From positions 87,730,001-87,794,000 of the forward strand of contig OZ241826.1 of NCBI GenBank assembly GCA_965202585.1: a stretch of 64,000 nt of DNA, read 5' to 3'. The notes beneath the pieces are model-generated. The model had not been told where the DNA came from. It ran no database searches and saw nothing but the letters and a program-made list of their open reading frames with translations. Positions within the stretch are counted from its first letter, which is position 1, and each line of letters starts with the position of its first letter. Below are positions 63,255 to 64,000 of the stretch, one piece after another. The position numbers were made by a program, and so were the translations under genes. Source of the stretch: Thalia democratica. Its lineage: Eukaryota.

Positions 63255-63320
63255 CAGTCCTTCCTCGCTAATCCGGTCCTCGCTAATCCGGTTCCTCGCT
63301 AATCCGGCCGGTTTTAGTCG
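63255..63320 (+). mobile_element. Terminus of a Tc1/pogo-type DNA transposon (other end not in window)
   Basis: TA followed by CAGTCCTTCCTCGCTAATCCGG with a triplicated CCTCGCTAATCCGG subterminal motif. Confidence 0.7.
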
Positions 63321-64000
63321 AGAAGTCGACTTTTTTACTTTAGCGTTTAATTTCATTTTACTTCGAAAAAGTATTCAATTTACGTTTTATAAGTATGTAA
63401 GCAATATATTGTTACGTCATAATAAAGTATCATTTGTATAATCTTAAGTTTTTTTCATACTTTTCCCGCTCAGTTGTAACAAACTTGTTTATTATACATT
63501 TGCAATTTTTCCGTCTTTGCTAAGCAAGTTACACTTTAATATACTACAACCAACATATCTGGTTAAAAAAATAGATAAGACAGCAAAGAAACGAATTAAT
63601 ATTGTTATTTTCAATCTCTTTGGATTTTAAAATTACTACAATTGTACTACAGGGTAGCTGTTCAACCTGAAAATTGATAAACTTAAAATAAAACAATGGA
63701 AAAACAATAAGTTTTCACAACACTAAAAATAATAATAAACCCTGGATTTTCCAACACTTACCAATGTAATATACTTAAATTCTTTTTACATATGACCAAT
63801 CTATCAAGTATATGTATCTTTAATATCCATAACTATTTAACATAATTGTTTTACTTTAAGTTTAGCTTTATAATACAAATGGACTAAAACTTTTACTTTA
63901 TCAAACCTGTGAGAAACTCCAAAAACGTGAAGATTATTTTTTAAAAGCCTTTGGCAGCTTTGGTAGTTACAGAAAACATTAATCTTAGTTAAATTTTCAT

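Noticed and set aside
63460-63560. Exon-like block (accag|ATATG...AAAA|GTATGA) as the missing TLE exon
   Set aside because: No frame resembles the expected IFSLGYCP...LAVG sequence and all frames contain stops; probably transposon interior.

Overview
Very AT-rich (roughly 25% GC by eye) intron-containing animal genomic DNA. The repeat content and gene style suggest a hydrozoan such as Hydra; this is an inference. The supplied ORF track misses most real genes because they are spliced. Reading exons by hand gives the following. (1) At the left end, on the minus strand, the 5' half of a strongly diverged Groucho/TLE gene: a Q-domain in five small exons after a short ATG exon, then a greatly expanded Q/N/P repeat exon. 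(2) At the right end, also on minus, the last two WD40 exons of a second Groucho/TLE gene, apparently interrupted by a Tc1/pogo-type element. The two ends together imply tandem TLE paralogues. (3) A tRNA cluster at 7.3-24.6 kb: intact Ala-CGC, Pro-CGG and Gln-CTG, two Glu-CTC genes with stem mismatches, and several relics, partly tandemly duplicated. (4) A 2.1-kb palindromic Penelope-like retroelement insertion with three minimal hammerhead ribozyme motifs, a second Penelope-like element with RT and an inverted GIY-YIG arm, and a third fragment. (5) A two-exon BACK-Kelch gene. (6) A three-exon, two-Ig-domain type I receptor pseudogene with a decapeptide-repeat tail. (7) An intact 479-codon orphan multi-pass membrane ORF. 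(8) Relics of an EF-1beta/delta-like gene and of PY-motif membrane proteins. (9) Many MITEs. No rRNA or CRISPR array was seen.
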